DNA of 64,000 nt from Lachnospiraceae bacterium (lineage in GTDB: Bacteria > Bacillota > Clostridia > Lachnospirales > Lachnospiraceae): NCBI GenBank assembly GCA_022791635.1, contig JAAVZL010000037.1:16242-80241 (forward strand). Direction: 5' to 3'. Within the stretch, counting starts at the first letter, position 1. The number at the start of each line of letters is the position of its first letter. Positions 9,115 through 18,819 of this stretch are shown piece after piece. The position numbers and the translations under genes were made by a program. Below the pieces are notes generated by a model. That model was not told where the DNA came from and did not search any database. It saw nothing but the letters and a program-made list of their open reading frames with translations.

Positions 9115-10818
9115 ATGGAAACAAAGAACAAGGGCTCAGGTGGTATCCCCTGGCCGTGGAACCTGCTTCTAGCCATTGTGTTTGTGGCAGGAGCCGGATA
9201 CTTCATCGGGTACCTGTGGAGCTTTCTCATAGCCCTTGGCTTCTCCGCCTGGCAGAAAAAGCAAAATCCCGGTATGCCAAGAGGCGGCTACTGCCTGGAG
9301 AAGACGAGAAAGCGCCTATCCTCCCTGGGACTTGCAGCAATTGTACTGCTTCTCGGCTTCTGCTGCTGCGTGTACGTGTGGATGGAGCTAGAGGAGGGTA
9401 CGGCCGGCTGGGAAACCATGGATTACGTCAAGATGGCAATTGGCGGCATCGGCGGTCTGGTTTTTTTCCTGTGCGGCATTGTCACAGCCTTCACATCGGT
9501 GCGGGATGCCTTCTGGCCGGAGAGAAGCACCCTTGCCCGCTCCATCCGTTCTCAGCTTCCTTATCCGGATTCGACTCCGGGAGCGGCAGAGTTGTTTGCC
9601 ATGGTAGACAAGGACATAGCAGAGAACGGCCAGTGGTTTGAAAAGGTGGCCGTGGGAAAGGAATGGATCCTGGGAGAAGTGGCAAGCTACATACCGCGTA
9701 TCCGGATATTTTTCGGGAGAGACGAGATCCGGACCCGCAGAAGCGGCGATCGCGTAAACAGCTCCCGGATTGTGGAGCTCCACATTCTGGATGACAGGAA
9801 GCAGCATCTGATTATGACCATGCGCAACCCCGAGGAGCTGAAAGCCCTTCTTGACTGCATTTCTCTGCGGGCGCCGGATGCCCTCAGAAGGCCCTACGGC
9901 GAGTATGGCAAGTGGCAGGGCAAATCCGACATGGAGTGGGAGAATCTGCTTCGGGAATACCGGGTCAAGCAGGGCAACCGGGAAATGACAGCCTTCCGGC
10001 TTGGAAATCAGGATGCCGGTCTTTTGCAGAACATGACCCTGACGAAGCCCGACGGCAGCGTCACCTCAAGGGTAACGCCGGATTTGATTCACCAGTGTAT
10101 GACAGAGTGTCTGCAGGAGGGAGAGGGAACCTTTTCCCTGGCTCCCGGGCGTCCCATAGAGCAGCACGGGGTACGCTATGTGGAGCTGGAGTGCTTTGCC
10201 TACTTTTACGAGGAGCTTGAGGATCCCACATTGGAGGATTTACAGGAGCTTGGGGAGGTTGAGCTGTTTCTGAAAACCACAGCCCTGGGAGAGGCAGGAA
10301 AGAACCTCTATTCCGGTCATGTTCTTGAGACAGACATTCCCACGGCGGAAAACATTATGAAGGACTGGCTTCAGGGTGTAATTCCCAATATGACAGACTG
10401 GGAGGCCACGCCCATGTGGGAAAAGAAGGAGCAGGAGAAAAGGAGAGAGGTTCCGCCGCCTCATCTGGCCCTGTTGACTCCATCCGGGGTGTACCAGAGT
10501 CATGAACGGTTCACTCAGGAGGACGTGGAGGTTGCGGCAGAGGGACTGGTGGACGGAAGCTATCAGATGGTGGAGCTGGTGCTGCCAGGCGGCTATCTTT
10601 TGATGCGGATCGACGGAGGCAATAAGATGGACGGCCGCTGCACCGTGTCGGTTACCAGACCCGACGGCGAGAAGCTGCGCTTCTTCAAAAATCATTGCAC
10701 CCACAGGCAGGCGGCAGCCTGGCTTCTGGAGTTTGCACAGGGAAGGTTTGCGCCCAACTGGAAGGAGTGGAAGGACTTTACCAGACAGGCAGACCGGGAA
10801 ATGGCACATAAAAAATAA
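9115..10818 (+). CDS. Hypothetical membrane protein with a duplicated C-terminal domain
   Basis: N-terminal TM helices; AAGGAG RBS before ATG 9115; two similar C-terminal units. Confidence 0.75.
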   Translation: METKNKGSGGIPWPWNLLLAIVFVAGAGYFIGYLWSFLIALGFSAWQKKQNPGMPRGGYCLEKTRKRLSSLGLAAIVLLLGFCCCVYVWMELEEGTAGWETMDYVKMAIGGIGGLVFFLCGIVTAFTSVRDAFWPERSTLARSIRSQLPYPDSTPGAAELFAMVDKDIAENGQWFEKVAVGKEWILGEVASYIPRIRIFFGRDEIRTRRSGDRVNSSRIVELHILDDRKQHLIMTMRNPEELKALLDCISLRAPDALRRPYGEYGKWQGKSDMEWENLLREYRVKQGNREMTAFRLGNQDAGLLQNMTLTKPDGSVTSRVTPDLIHQCMTECLQEGEGTFSLAPGRPIEQHGVRYVELECFAYFYEELEDPTLEDLQELGEVELFLKTTALGEAGKNLYSGHVLETDIPTAENIMKDWLQGVIPNMTDWEATPMWEKKEQEKRREVPPPHLALLTPSGVYQSHERFTQEDVEVAAEGLVDGSYQMVELVLPGGYLLMRIDGGNKMDGRCTVSVTRPDGEKLRFFKNHCTHRQAAAWLLEFAQGRFAPNWKEWKDFTRQADREMAHKK

Positions 10819-10852
10819 AAATATTACAGAACTAAAATGGAGGATATTAAAA

Positions 10853-12103
10853 ATGGGAAGATGCTACAGTGATGAAGTGGAACAGGCGCTCAGGTATATC
10901 TATTACGATCTGCGTGCAGGAAAGGGAGCCGAGGGCTTTGCCCTTCTTGAGAAGGCCTCCGCAGCAGGAGACGGGGATGCCTCCTGTGTGCTGGCCCGCT
11001 GCTACTGCGGAACGCAGTATGTGTGGAGCGGACATGATTTTCCGGAGGATGACGACAAGGCAACGGAGCTCATTCACAAGTCGGTAGAGCAGGGCAGCGG
11101 AATCGGCGTTCTGGTGGCCCTGCGTACGGGAGAGCTGACGCCCTCCCTGGAGAAAAAGATGGGCTTTGGAAGTCTCCAGGAGGCCTTTGACAGCGTTCTT
11201 GCGAAGGCAGAGCTTGGAGACGCCTTCAGCCAGTACACGGCGGCAAACGCCTACTTCTGGTGGGATTTCCTGCGGATCCAGGGAAAGGGACGGGAATCCT
11301 TTTCCAGTGACAACGAATTTAAAGCCTATTTAAGGGAAAACATATCAAAATGTGAGGATTTGTTCCAGAAGGCCTTCCGGGGCGGCATGTATTTTGCGGC
11401 TAACAACCTGAACAAGTATTATTCCGAGGGGGATGAGGATCTGATTGCGCCCCGCCCGGAGCTTGCAAAGGATCTCTTTAAGACCGGAGCAGAGATGGGC
11501 TTCCCCATTCACCAGTGGATTTATGCGGATGATCTCTATGATGCCGAGCAATTTCAGGAGGCTCTCCACTGGTATAAGCTGGCGGCAGAGGGCGGTCAGC
11601 TGGAATGCTGGTTTCGAATCGGCTTCATATACGAGGAGGGTAAGGGCACGGCCAAGGATCCGGCCTATGCGGCCCAGTGTTACGAAAAGGGATTGAAGCA
11701 AAAGCAGAACAGCGGCAAACGAATCGGCTGCGCCAATCGCCTGGGAGCCCTGTATTATGACGGCAACGGGATAGAGAAGGACTATGCCAAGGCCTTCCAG
11801 CTTCTGAAATATGCCCATGATCAGGAGAATAACTGGGGCGTCTGCTATCTTGGAAAATTGTATTTCCGGGGCTGGGGAACCCAGCAGGATTACGTGAAGG
11901 CAAGAGAGCTTTTGGAGCAGGTGACCTGGAATAACAAGGAAGCCTTCTATATGCTGGGCGCCATCTACGGACAGGGCCTGGGCGTTCCGGAGGACATCAA
12001 GAAGGGCGTGGAGTATCTGCAGAAGGCCGGCGACAATGAGGAGGCCAAGAAGGAGCTTTTGAAGTACAAAAAGACCCTCTTTGGCAAATGGGTACGCCGG
12101 TAA
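10853..12103 (+). CDS. Sel1-like repeat (SLR/TPR) protein
   Basis: Repeats IGFIYEEGKGTAKD, LGALYYDGNGIEKDYAKA, LGKLYFRGWGTQQDYVKA, LGAIYGQGLGVPEDIKKG; GGAGG RBS. Confidence 0.88.
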   Translation: MGRCYSDEVEQALRYIYYDLRAGKGAEGFALLEKASAAGDGDASCVLARCYCGTQYVWSGHDFPEDDDKATELIHKSVEQGSGIGVLVALRTGELTPSLEKKMGFGSLQEAFDSVLAKAELGDAFSQYTAANAYFWWDFLRIQGKGRESFSSDNEFKAYLRENISKCEDLFQKAFRGGMYFAANNLNKYYSEGDEDLIAPRPELAKDLFKTGAEMGFPIHQWIYADDLYDAEQFQEALHWYKLAAEGGQLECWFRIGFIYEEGKGTAKDPAYAAQCYEKGLKQKQNSGKRIGCANRLGALYYDGNGIEKDYAKAFQLLKYAHDQENNWGVCYLGKLYFRGWGTQQDYVKARELLEQVTWNNKEAFYMLGAIYGQGLGVPEDIKKGVEYLQKAGDNEEAKKELLKYKKTLFGKWVRR

Positions 12104-12115
12104 AGAGGATTTTAT

Positions 12116-13540
12116 ATGGCATCAAATGTTATGCTGACCCTTTTGTTTCTGGGAGCGGTGCTTGTGGTCTACTACCTGGCGCCGCCCCGGGCAAGGTGGG
12201 GGCTGTTACTTGCCGCAAGCCTGATTTTTTATGCAAGCGCATCGGGCTTTATGCTGGCTCTGGCCGGCTTATCGGCCTGCTGGTCCTGGTTTGCGGGAGG
12301 CAGAATGGAAGAGACACAGACGGAAAGAGAAAAGAGAGGCTGGCTGCTCCTTGGCATCCTGCCTCTTCTTGGCGTTCTTTTTGTGTTTAAATATTTTAAT
12401 TTTTTCAGCGCCTCCCTGTCCTCTCTTCTGGATCTTTTGGGGCTTTCGGCAGATCCCCTTGTGCTGAAGCTTTTGCTGCCCCTGGGGATTTCCTATTATA
12501 CCTTTAAAATGATAAGCTATCAGGCAGATCTCTATCTGGGAAAGCGGACCAGTGAGCCCCATCTGGGATATTATCTCACCTACGTGCTGTTTTTTCCACA
12601 GATTCTCTCGGGACCCATTGAACGGTCGGAGGGCTTTTTGGATCAGCTTCATGAGGGACCCCGTTATGACAGCGGGCTCCTTGCGGAGGGAATCGAGAGG
12701 ATTGTTCTGGGGCTTTTTAAGAAAATGGTGATTGCCAACCGCTTAAGCGGATACGTGGACGCGGTGTTTGCCTCCCCCGGAGAGTATCCAGCCCTTGCGG
12801 CTTTCATGGCGGCATTTTTCTATTCCTTTCAGCTCTACTGTGACTTCTCCGGATATTCGGATCTTGCTATCGGCATGGGGAACCTCTTAGGGATCCGCAG
12901 TAGGCAGAACTTTCGCTGTCCCTATTTTTCGGGAAATATCCGGGAATTCTGGAGCCGCTGGCATATATCCCTGTCGAGCTGGCTTCGGGATTACGTATAC
13001 ATCCCCCTGGGAGGAAGCCGGGTGTCCCAAGGAAAGCGGAGGCGGAATGTGATGCTCACCTTTCTGGTAAGCGGGCTCTGGCATGGGGATAACTGGACCT
13101 TTGTGGCATGGGGCGGGATCCATGGAATCTGGAATCTGTGCAGTCGAAGAAAAGAGGGAGGAGAGGTTCGTCCCATCCGGCGGCTGTGGCAGACGCTTTT
13201 GACCTTCCTTGGGGTCACCCTTGGGTGGATATTCTTTCGGGCCGAGAGTCTGGGAGCGGCCCTCTCCTATCTGCGCCGGATGGTCCTTGGCTTTTCGCTG
13301 TCCATGGCGGATATTCAGAATTCCATTTTGCCCTTTACCGGGGATAATACCTGCGCAGCCTATTTTCTGACCGTGTGTCTGTGCCTGGTTCTGCTTTTTC
13401 TCTATGAGTGGGGGCAGGTGTACGGAAAGGGGAAGGACAGGGAGTTCTCTCTTTCCATACCCTGGATGATTGTCATGGGAATCGGCGTTGCCCTCTTTGG
13501 AGTATTCGGGGCTTCGGGATTTTTGTATGCGCAGTTTTAA
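12116..13540 (+). CDS. MBOAT O-acyltransferase (AlgI/PatA/DltB-like)
   Basis: PLGISYYTF, FFPQILSGPIER, YCDFSGYSD, FWSRWHISLSSWLRDYVYIPLGG, SGLWHG, C-terminal FLYAQF. Confidence 0.92.
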   Translation: MASNVMLTLLFLGAVLVVYYLAPPRARWGLLLAASLIFYASASGFMLALAGLSACWSWFAGGRMEETQTEREKRGWLLLGILPLLGVLFVFKYFNFFSASLSSLLDLLGLSADPLVLKLLLPLGISYYTFKMISYQADLYLGKRTSEPHLGYYLTYVLFFPQILSGPIERSEGFLDQLHEGPRYDSGLLAEGIERIVLGLFKKMVIANRLSGYVDAVFASPGEYPALAAFMAAFFYSFQLYCDFSGYSDLAIGMGNLLGIRSRQNFRCPYFSGNIREFWSRWHISLSSWLRDYVYIPLGGSRVSQGKRRRNVMLTFLVSGLWHGDNWTFVAWGGIHGIWNLCSRRKEGGEVRPIRRLWQTLLTFLGVTLGWIFFRAESLGAALSYLRRMVLGFSLSMADIQNSILPFTGDNTCAAYFLTVCLCLVLLFLYEWGQVYGKGKDREFSLSIPWMIVMGIGVALFGVFGASGFLYAQF

Positions 13541-13543
13541 GAG

Positions 13544-13652
13544 AAAAACAGCAATCTTCCCGAACAGTGCCAGAAGGATTTACAGACGCATTATTTAGCG
13601 GCTGGAAATTCTTCTCTATGTGGCGCTGGAGGGGAGATTGCGAAACTGGAAT
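13544..13652 (+). repeat. Structured element family 2, single copy
   Basis: AAACAGCAAT...ATTGCGAAACTGGAA with nested stems; homologs at 30.9-31.1 kb and 51.7-52.0 kb. Confidence 0.8.
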
Positions 13653-13678
13653 AAATACTGGAATAAGAGGTGTAGCGA

Positions 13679-14659
13679 TTGAGACGTGTAGGAAGAGCTT
13701 TGGCTGTAATCCTGCTGGCAGTGCTTTTGCTGACGGGAATCAAAAATGAATATGCCCGGCTTTTGCCCGTATCCTCCTATGGAATGCAGGCGGCCATCAA
13801 AAAGAAGTCCGTGGATCATCTGTTCATCGGCTCCTCCATGTTCCGCCAGGGCCTGTCCATAGATGTGCTGGAGGAGGAGCTTGCGGGAAATGTCTATATT
13901 CTCTCCTACAACGGCAATCAGCCGGCCTTTATGGCCATGGAGCTTCAATATATGTTGGAGGAGGGGTTGGAAGTAGGCACCCTCTATGTGGATCTCTATC
14001 CCTACACGGCGGCGGCCACGCCCTGGATCAGCGATACAAAGATTCTCCTGGATACGGATTTAGACTTTAAGAAAGAAGCCTGGAGGCTGATGAAGGCATA
14101 CAATGACACAAAGCCTCTGGACTTCTATGAGCTCTTTGTGACAGCCAACAACGAGCAGCTTCTGACCTATCCCATTCATAACCGTCTGGTATCCGCCCAG
14201 TTTCGCAACGGCGGAAATATCCTCACTCCCGGGGGTCAGACAAAGGAGCATCTTGATTCCCTGGGGATGCTGGGAGGGCGCGAAGGCCTTGAAGAGGCTC
14301 AGGTGGAGGGATATGAGAAGCTTTTAAGCCTTGCCAGAGACCATGGAATTCGGGTATTCTTTATAGAGACGCCCAAATATGAGCGCATGTATGGGGATGC
14401 GGATTATATGGAGCTCTATGAGGCGTGTACGGCAAAGATTCGGGAGCTTACAGGGGCATCCGGGGAGGATATGGATAGTGGTCTTAAATCCCAGGAAGCC
14501 TTTTTGGAAGTACAAAAGCAAGGGAATATGATTCTCGCAGAGGAGCTGGACTTTGATTTTCGGGATCCGGCCTGCTTTCAGGATTTGATTCATTTGTCCA
14601 CAGAGGGACGGACCCGGTACACCAGGCTTTTGTGTGAAAAATTACGGGAACTCGACTAA
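13679..14659 (+). CDS. SGNH-like extracellular acyltransferase partner of the MBOAT (AlgJ/DltD-like)
   Basis: N-terminal anchor; LFIGSS block I; FQDLIHLS (DxxH) near the C-terminus; position behind the MBOAT. Confidence 0.7.
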   Translation: MRRVGRALAVILLAVLLLTGIKNEYARLLPVSSYGMQAAIKKKSVDHLFIGSSMFRQGLSIDVLEEELAGNVYILSYNGNQPAFMAMELQYMLEEGLEVGTLYVDLYPYTAAATPWISDTKILLDTDLDFKKEAWRLMKAYNDTKPLDFYELFVTANNEQLLTYPIHNRLVSAQFRNGGNILTPGGQTKEHLDSLGMLGGREGLEEAQVEGYEKLLSLARDHGIRVFFIETPKYERMYGDADYMELYEACTAKIRELTGASGEDMDSGLKSQEAFLEVQKQGNMILAEELDFDFRDPACFQDLIHLSTEGRTRYTRLLCEKLRELD

Positions 14660-14731
14660 AAACGGCCGGCAAACAGGGCGTTAAAAGCCCTGGAACGTGT
14701 GAGAAGCCGGTAGGAAAAAGGAGGCGGAGAA

Positions 14732-15904
14732 ATGAGAAAGCTGGATTACATTGACGGATTAAAGGGCATGGGCGCCCTGATGGTATATCTGTGCCATTTT
14801 GTATTCGCCTTCTATTATGCCGCCTATACTCTTCTTGAGGAGCATGCGAATACAGCGTCAGGCATTGAGATCCGAATAGGGAGGACCCCCTTGAATTTCT
14901 TCTACAACGGAAACGGGGCGGTCTGTCTCTTTCTGGTGTTCAGCGGCTTTGTGCTCTGCCTCTCTTATTTTCGGACCCGGGATCGGGGAAGGCTGAAGGC
15001 CGGAGCCCTGAAACGGTATTTTCGGCTGATACCGGCGATTCTGGCTGTGAATCTGCTGATCTTTGTTTTTATGAGTCTGGGCTTATATCGAAATGCAGAG
15101 GCGGCGGTGTTTACCAAATCCATTCCCTGGCTTTCAGGCTTTAACCAGTTCGAGCCAAAGCTTTCCGGCGTGCTTTATGAGAGCCTCATCGGCTGCTTTC
15201 TGAGGGGGAGCAATGATTACAACGGGGTGCTCTGGACCATTCCCTATCTGTTCTGGGGCGCTCTTCTGGTGTATCTGGCCGCTTATCTGGTGGGAGAGAA
15301 CAAGCTTCGGTATATCACCTATGGGGTGATGCTTCTTGTGTCTCTGAAAACGGATATCTATTTTGCCGGAATCTTTCTGGGCTTTGTGCTCTGCGATTTT
15401 TTCAGCACCCAGGAGAGGCTCGTGAAGCTGTATCGGAGAACCCCGCTGGTCCCTCTGGCGGTTTTTCTGCTTGGATTTTATCTGACCTCCTACCCTTCTA
15501 TCGGAACGGAGCAGCCGGGAAGCGTTTATGGCTGTCTGCCGGCGGCCTATGCGGTGATTTACCATATGGCGGGAGCCTTCCTTATGACGGCGGGGGCGCT
15601 GGGCTGTGACTGGCTTCAATGGCTGTTCTCCCGAAGGCCCTTTTTGTATCTGGGGAGGATTTCCTATTCCCTCTACCTTCTGCACTTTCCGGTGATTGCC
15701 GTGTTCTCCTGCTGGTTTTTCCTTAAGCTTCACGGGATTCTGGGATACGGGCTGACAGTGGGGATTAATTTTATTTTGACAACTGCGATTGTGCTGGCTC
15801 TCTCGACCCTTAGCAGACGGTATCTGGAGCCTGCGGGGAGCTTTGTCGAGAAGCAGGTGGAAAAGAGGATTTTACGGAAAAAGAGCAAACATAGAGGTGT
15901 GTGA
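14732..15904 (+). CDS. Acyltransferase family 3
   Basis: IDGLKGMGALMVYLCH, AVCLFLVFSGF, VLWTI, LGRISYSLYLLH. Confidence 0.88.
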   Translation: MRKLDYIDGLKGMGALMVYLCHFVFAFYYAAYTLLEEHANTASGIEIRIGRTPLNFFYNGNGAVCLFLVFSGFVLCLSYFRTRDRGRLKAGALKRYFRLIPAILAVNLLIFVFMSLGLYRNAEAAVFTKSIPWLSGFNQFEPKLSGVLYESLIGCFLRGSNDYNGVLWTIPYLFWGALLVYLAAYLVGENKLRYITYGVMLLVSLKTDIYFAGIFLGFVLCDFFSTQERLVKLYRRTPLVPLAVFLLGFYLTSYPSIGTEQPGSVYGCLPAAYAVIYHMAGAFLMTAGALGCDWLQWLFSRRPFLYLGRISYSLYLLHFPVIAVFSCWFFLKLHGILGYGLTVGINFILTTAIVLALSTLSRRYLEPAGSFVEKQVEKRILRKKSKHRGV

Positions 15905-16836
15905 TGGAAAAGCAGAGAGTGCTGTGGATGGATATTGCCAAGGCGATTGGAATTCTGGTGGTGTTGATCGTTCATGGAGGAATCAGTCTGGGACTGGTTA
16001 CCTTTTTGGGAGGCATGTTCTATATGCCTGTCTTTTTTGTGCTGGCAGGCATGACCTTTACCTTTCGGCCTGAGGAGAGCTTTTGGGCCTTTGCGGGGAA
16101 AAAGGCCCGCCGGCTGCTGGTGCCTTATTTTGGCTACAATCTCTTTCTGTTTCTCTTCTTTTTTGGAAAGGACAGCCTGCTTGCGGGAAGCATTACCTTG
16201 GAATCCTTTTCCCCGCTTTTGGGGATTTTGTATTCCAGAAATTGTCTTTTTGACATAAATGTGACCCACAACGTGTATTTTATGCAGATTCTCAATGCGC
16301 CGACCTGGTTTCTCACAGGGCTGTTTGTTAGCCTGTTGATTTTCTGGATTTTGATGAAGGTAAGCGGGGGAAAGCTTCACAGACTCTTTCTCCTCAATGG
16401 CGGTGTTCTGCTTGCGGCCGTGCTGGTGCATTACTTTTGTCCCATTTTGCTGCCCTGGAGCCTGGATTGTGCCTTGTATGCCGTATCCTTCTTGGCGCTT
16501 GGAAAATGGATGGCAGAGCGACGCCTGGTGGAGAGAATGTCGAGAAAGCCTCTGGTGCTGCTTCTTTTGGCGGCGGCCTTTGTGGGGGTGTCTGTGCTGA
16601 ATGGCAGCGTCAATATGTCGGTGGCAGAGTATGGACGCTCTATGGTGCTCTATCTGGCGGTGGGAGGCCTGGGGTCCCTGCTCTGCATGGAGATTTCTTA
16701 TTTTCTGGAAAAACATACCAGAGCCCTGGCCCGGGGAGGCGCATGGCTTGGAAGGCATACGATGCCGGTGCTGTGTCTGCACTTATTTGTATATTCGGTA
16801 TTAGGCAGTCTGTGGAAGCTTTTGACAGGGCTTTAG
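15904..16836 (+). CDS. Acyltransferase family 3 (fucose 4-O-acetylase-like)
   Basis: WMDIAKAIGILVVLIVH, FYMPVFFVLAG, RRLLVPYF, TWFL, LGRHTMPVLCLH; TGATG coupling. Confidence 0.85.
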   Translation: MEKQRVLWMDIAKAIGILVVLIVHGGISLGLVTFLGGMFYMPVFFVLAGMTFTFRPEESFWAFAGKKARRLLVPYFGYNLFLFLFFFGKDSLLAGSITLESFSPLLGILYSRNCLFDINVTHNVYFMQILNAPTWFLTGLFVSLLIFWILMKVSGGKLHRLFLLNGGVLLAAVLVHYFCPILLPWSLDCALYAVSFLALGKWMAERRLVERMSRKPLVLLLLAAAFVGVSVLNGSVNMSVAEYGRSMVLYLAVGGLGSLLCMEISYFLEKHTRALARGGAWLGRHTMPVLCLHLFVYSVLGSLWKLLTGL

Positions 16837-16941
16837 GCTCTTGCGCTTATTTCGCTGGACAGGACTTTGTGATAAAGGTACAATGAAAAAAGAGAGGCTG
16901 TTTTATTTTTCGACAGTTTCGGGAAAGGCAGGGAAAATATA

Positions 16942-18012
16942 ATGTTGAATTTTGCAGTGGGACCGGTGCAGATGGCTCCGGAAATTTTACAGGTGGGAGC
17001 ACAGCCGGTGCCTTATTTTCGTACGGGAGAGTTTTCCGCTCTGATGAAGGAGAATGAGCGGCTTTTGGTGGAATTTGCCGGAGCAGGGGAGGGCTCCAGG
17101 GCCGTGTGTCTTACGGGATCCGGAACGGCGGGCATGGAGGCTATGGTGGTTAATTTCCTGGATGCTTCCGACAAGGTGCTTGTGATAGACGGAGGAGGCT
17201 TTGGACACCGGTTTGTGGAGCTGTGCAGGATTCATCGGATACGGACAGAGGTGCTCCAGCTTCACTACGGGGAGATTCTGACAGAGAAGCATCTTGAGGC
17301 TTATGAGGGGGCGGGTTGTACCGCTTTTCTGGTGAACCTTCACGAGACCTCCACGGGAGTGCTCTATGATGCTCGTCTCATCCATAGCTTTTGTGAGCGA
17401 AATGGGATGATGCTTCTGGTGGATTCTATCAGCTCTTTTTTGGCAGACCCCTTTTCTATGGAGGAGCTGGGAGTGGATGTGATGATGACCAGCTCCCAGA
17501 AGACGCTTGCCCTGCCTCCGGGACTGGCTGTTTTGGTGCTCTCTGCTCGGGCGGTCAGGAAGGCGGAGAGGACGGATTGCGGGTGTATGTATCTGGATTT
17601 GAAGCTGGCGCTTAAGGATGGAGAGCGGGGACAGACGCCCTTTACACCGGCGGTGGGGATTCTGCTCCAGCTTCATGAGCGGCTCAAGGAGCTTGAGAGA
17701 AAGGGAGTGGAGGCGGAGACGGCACATATCCGGATGATTGCGGAGGATTTCCGAAGAAGGATTGTGAAGCTGCCCTTTACCCTTGCCTCTACTTCTATGT
17801 CCAATGCGGCTACGCCGGTTCATCCTCTTCATGGGTCGGCGAAGCGGATCTTTGAGATTTTGAAGGATGAGTATGAGATTTGGGTGTGTCCCAACGGGGG
17901 AGATTTGGCGGATGAGATCTTCCGGGTGGGACATATGGGGAATCTGACCATTGAGGATAATACGGCGCTTCTTAAGGCGCTTGCGGATATGGAAAGGAGA
18001 GGGCTGTTATGA
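16942..18012 (+). CDS. Class V PLP aminotransferase (serine-pyruvate/AEP transaminase-like)
   Basis: NFAVGP, TGSGTAGME, HETSTG, VDSISS, SSQK(PLP Lys)TLALPPG, QTPFTP, FRVGHMG. Confidence 0.88.
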   Translation: MLNFAVGPVQMAPEILQVGAQPVPYFRTGEFSALMKENERLLVEFAGAGEGSRAVCLTGSGTAGMEAMVVNFLDASDKVLVIDGGGFGHRFVELCRIHRIRTEVLQLHYGEILTEKHLEAYEGAGCTAFLVNLHETSTGVLYDARLIHSFCERNGMMLLVDSISSFLADPFSMEELGVDVMMTSSQKTLALPPGLAVLVLSARAVRKAERTDCGCMYLDLKLALKDGERGQTPFTPAVGILLQLHERLKELERKGVEAETAHIRMIAEDFRRRIVKLPFTLASTSMSNAATPVHPLHGSAKRIFEILKDEYEIWVCPNGGDLADEIFRVGHMGNLTIEDNTALLKALADMERRGLL

Positions 18013-18716
18013 GAGCGCTTTTGCTGGCTGCGGGAAAGGGTACGAGGATTAGCAGGTATTTGTCGGGAAATCCCAAGTGTACGGTGGATATCGGGGGGGA
18101 GCGGCTTATTTGCTATACTCTGGATTTGCTGAAGCGGAAGGGGATTACGGAGACGGCTTTGGTGCTTGGGTATAAGGCGGATGTGATCCGGGAGACGGTG
18201 AAGGGGCATGAGGTGTCTTTTTATTATAATCCTTTTTATGATGTGACGAATAGTATTGCTTCGGCTTGGTTTGCTAGGGATTTTTTTAAGGATACGGATG
18301 ATTTGCTGATTATGAATGCGGATGTGTTTTTGGAGGAAGGGGTTCTGGATGATATGATGGGGACTGAGCTTTCTCCGGTGTTGTTTGCGGACGAGACCCG
18401 GAAGGAGGAGGCGGATTATAAGTTTTATTATGAGAACAATGTTCTTATGAAGTATGGGAAGGAGCTGACCGGGGAGGATATTACCGGGGAGTATATTGGG
18501 GCTGCGAAGCTTGATGCCGGGTTTATTCCGGAGTTTGTGGAGCAGATGGATGTGATGATTGGGAGGCAGGAGCATTCGGTCTGGTGGGAGAATGTGCTGT
18601 ATGCCATGACGGACAGGAGAAAGGTTTATGTGAGGAATATTGAGAACCGGTTTTGGGCGGAGGTGGATTATATTGAGGATTATGAGAGGATTTTGAAGTA
18701 TCGGGGGATGAGGTAG
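18009..18716 (+). CDS. Phosphocholine cytidylyltransferase-like nucleotidyltransferase (LicC family)
   Basis: LLAAGKGTRI, PKC, NSIAS, MNADV, GEYIG, WAEVDYIEDY. Confidence 0.82.
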   Translation: MRALLLAAGKGTRISRYLSGNPKCTVDIGGERLICYTLDLLKRKGITETALVLGYKADVIRETVKGHEVSFYYNPFYDVTNSIASAWFARDFFKDTDDLLIMNADVFLEEGVLDDMMGTELSPVLFADETRKEEADYKFYYENNVLMKYGKELTGEDITGEYIGAAKLDAGFIPEFVEQMDVMIGRQEHSVWWENVLYAMTDRRKVYVRNIENRFWAEVDYIEDYERILKYRGMR

Positions 18717-18765
18717 GTGCGGCTGTCCCGGATTTAGGGTGTTGGCTCCGGAAGGGACGTTTCTG

Positions 18766-18819
18766 GTTAAGCCTCGTAGAATGACCGGAGCCTTCACAAG
18801 CCATTCAGGGCTTAACTTC
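18766..18819. repeat. Palindromic element family 1, short copy between convergent genes
   Basis: GTTAAGCCTCGTAGAATGACCGGAGCCTTC...CAGGGCTTAACTTC; overlaps the stop codon of the minus-strand gene. Confidence 0.75.

Noticed and set aside
16942-18716. Phosphonate (2-AEP) biosynthesis cluster
   Set aside because: No PEP mutase or phosphonopyruvate decarboxylase in the window; retained only as an alternative hypothesis.
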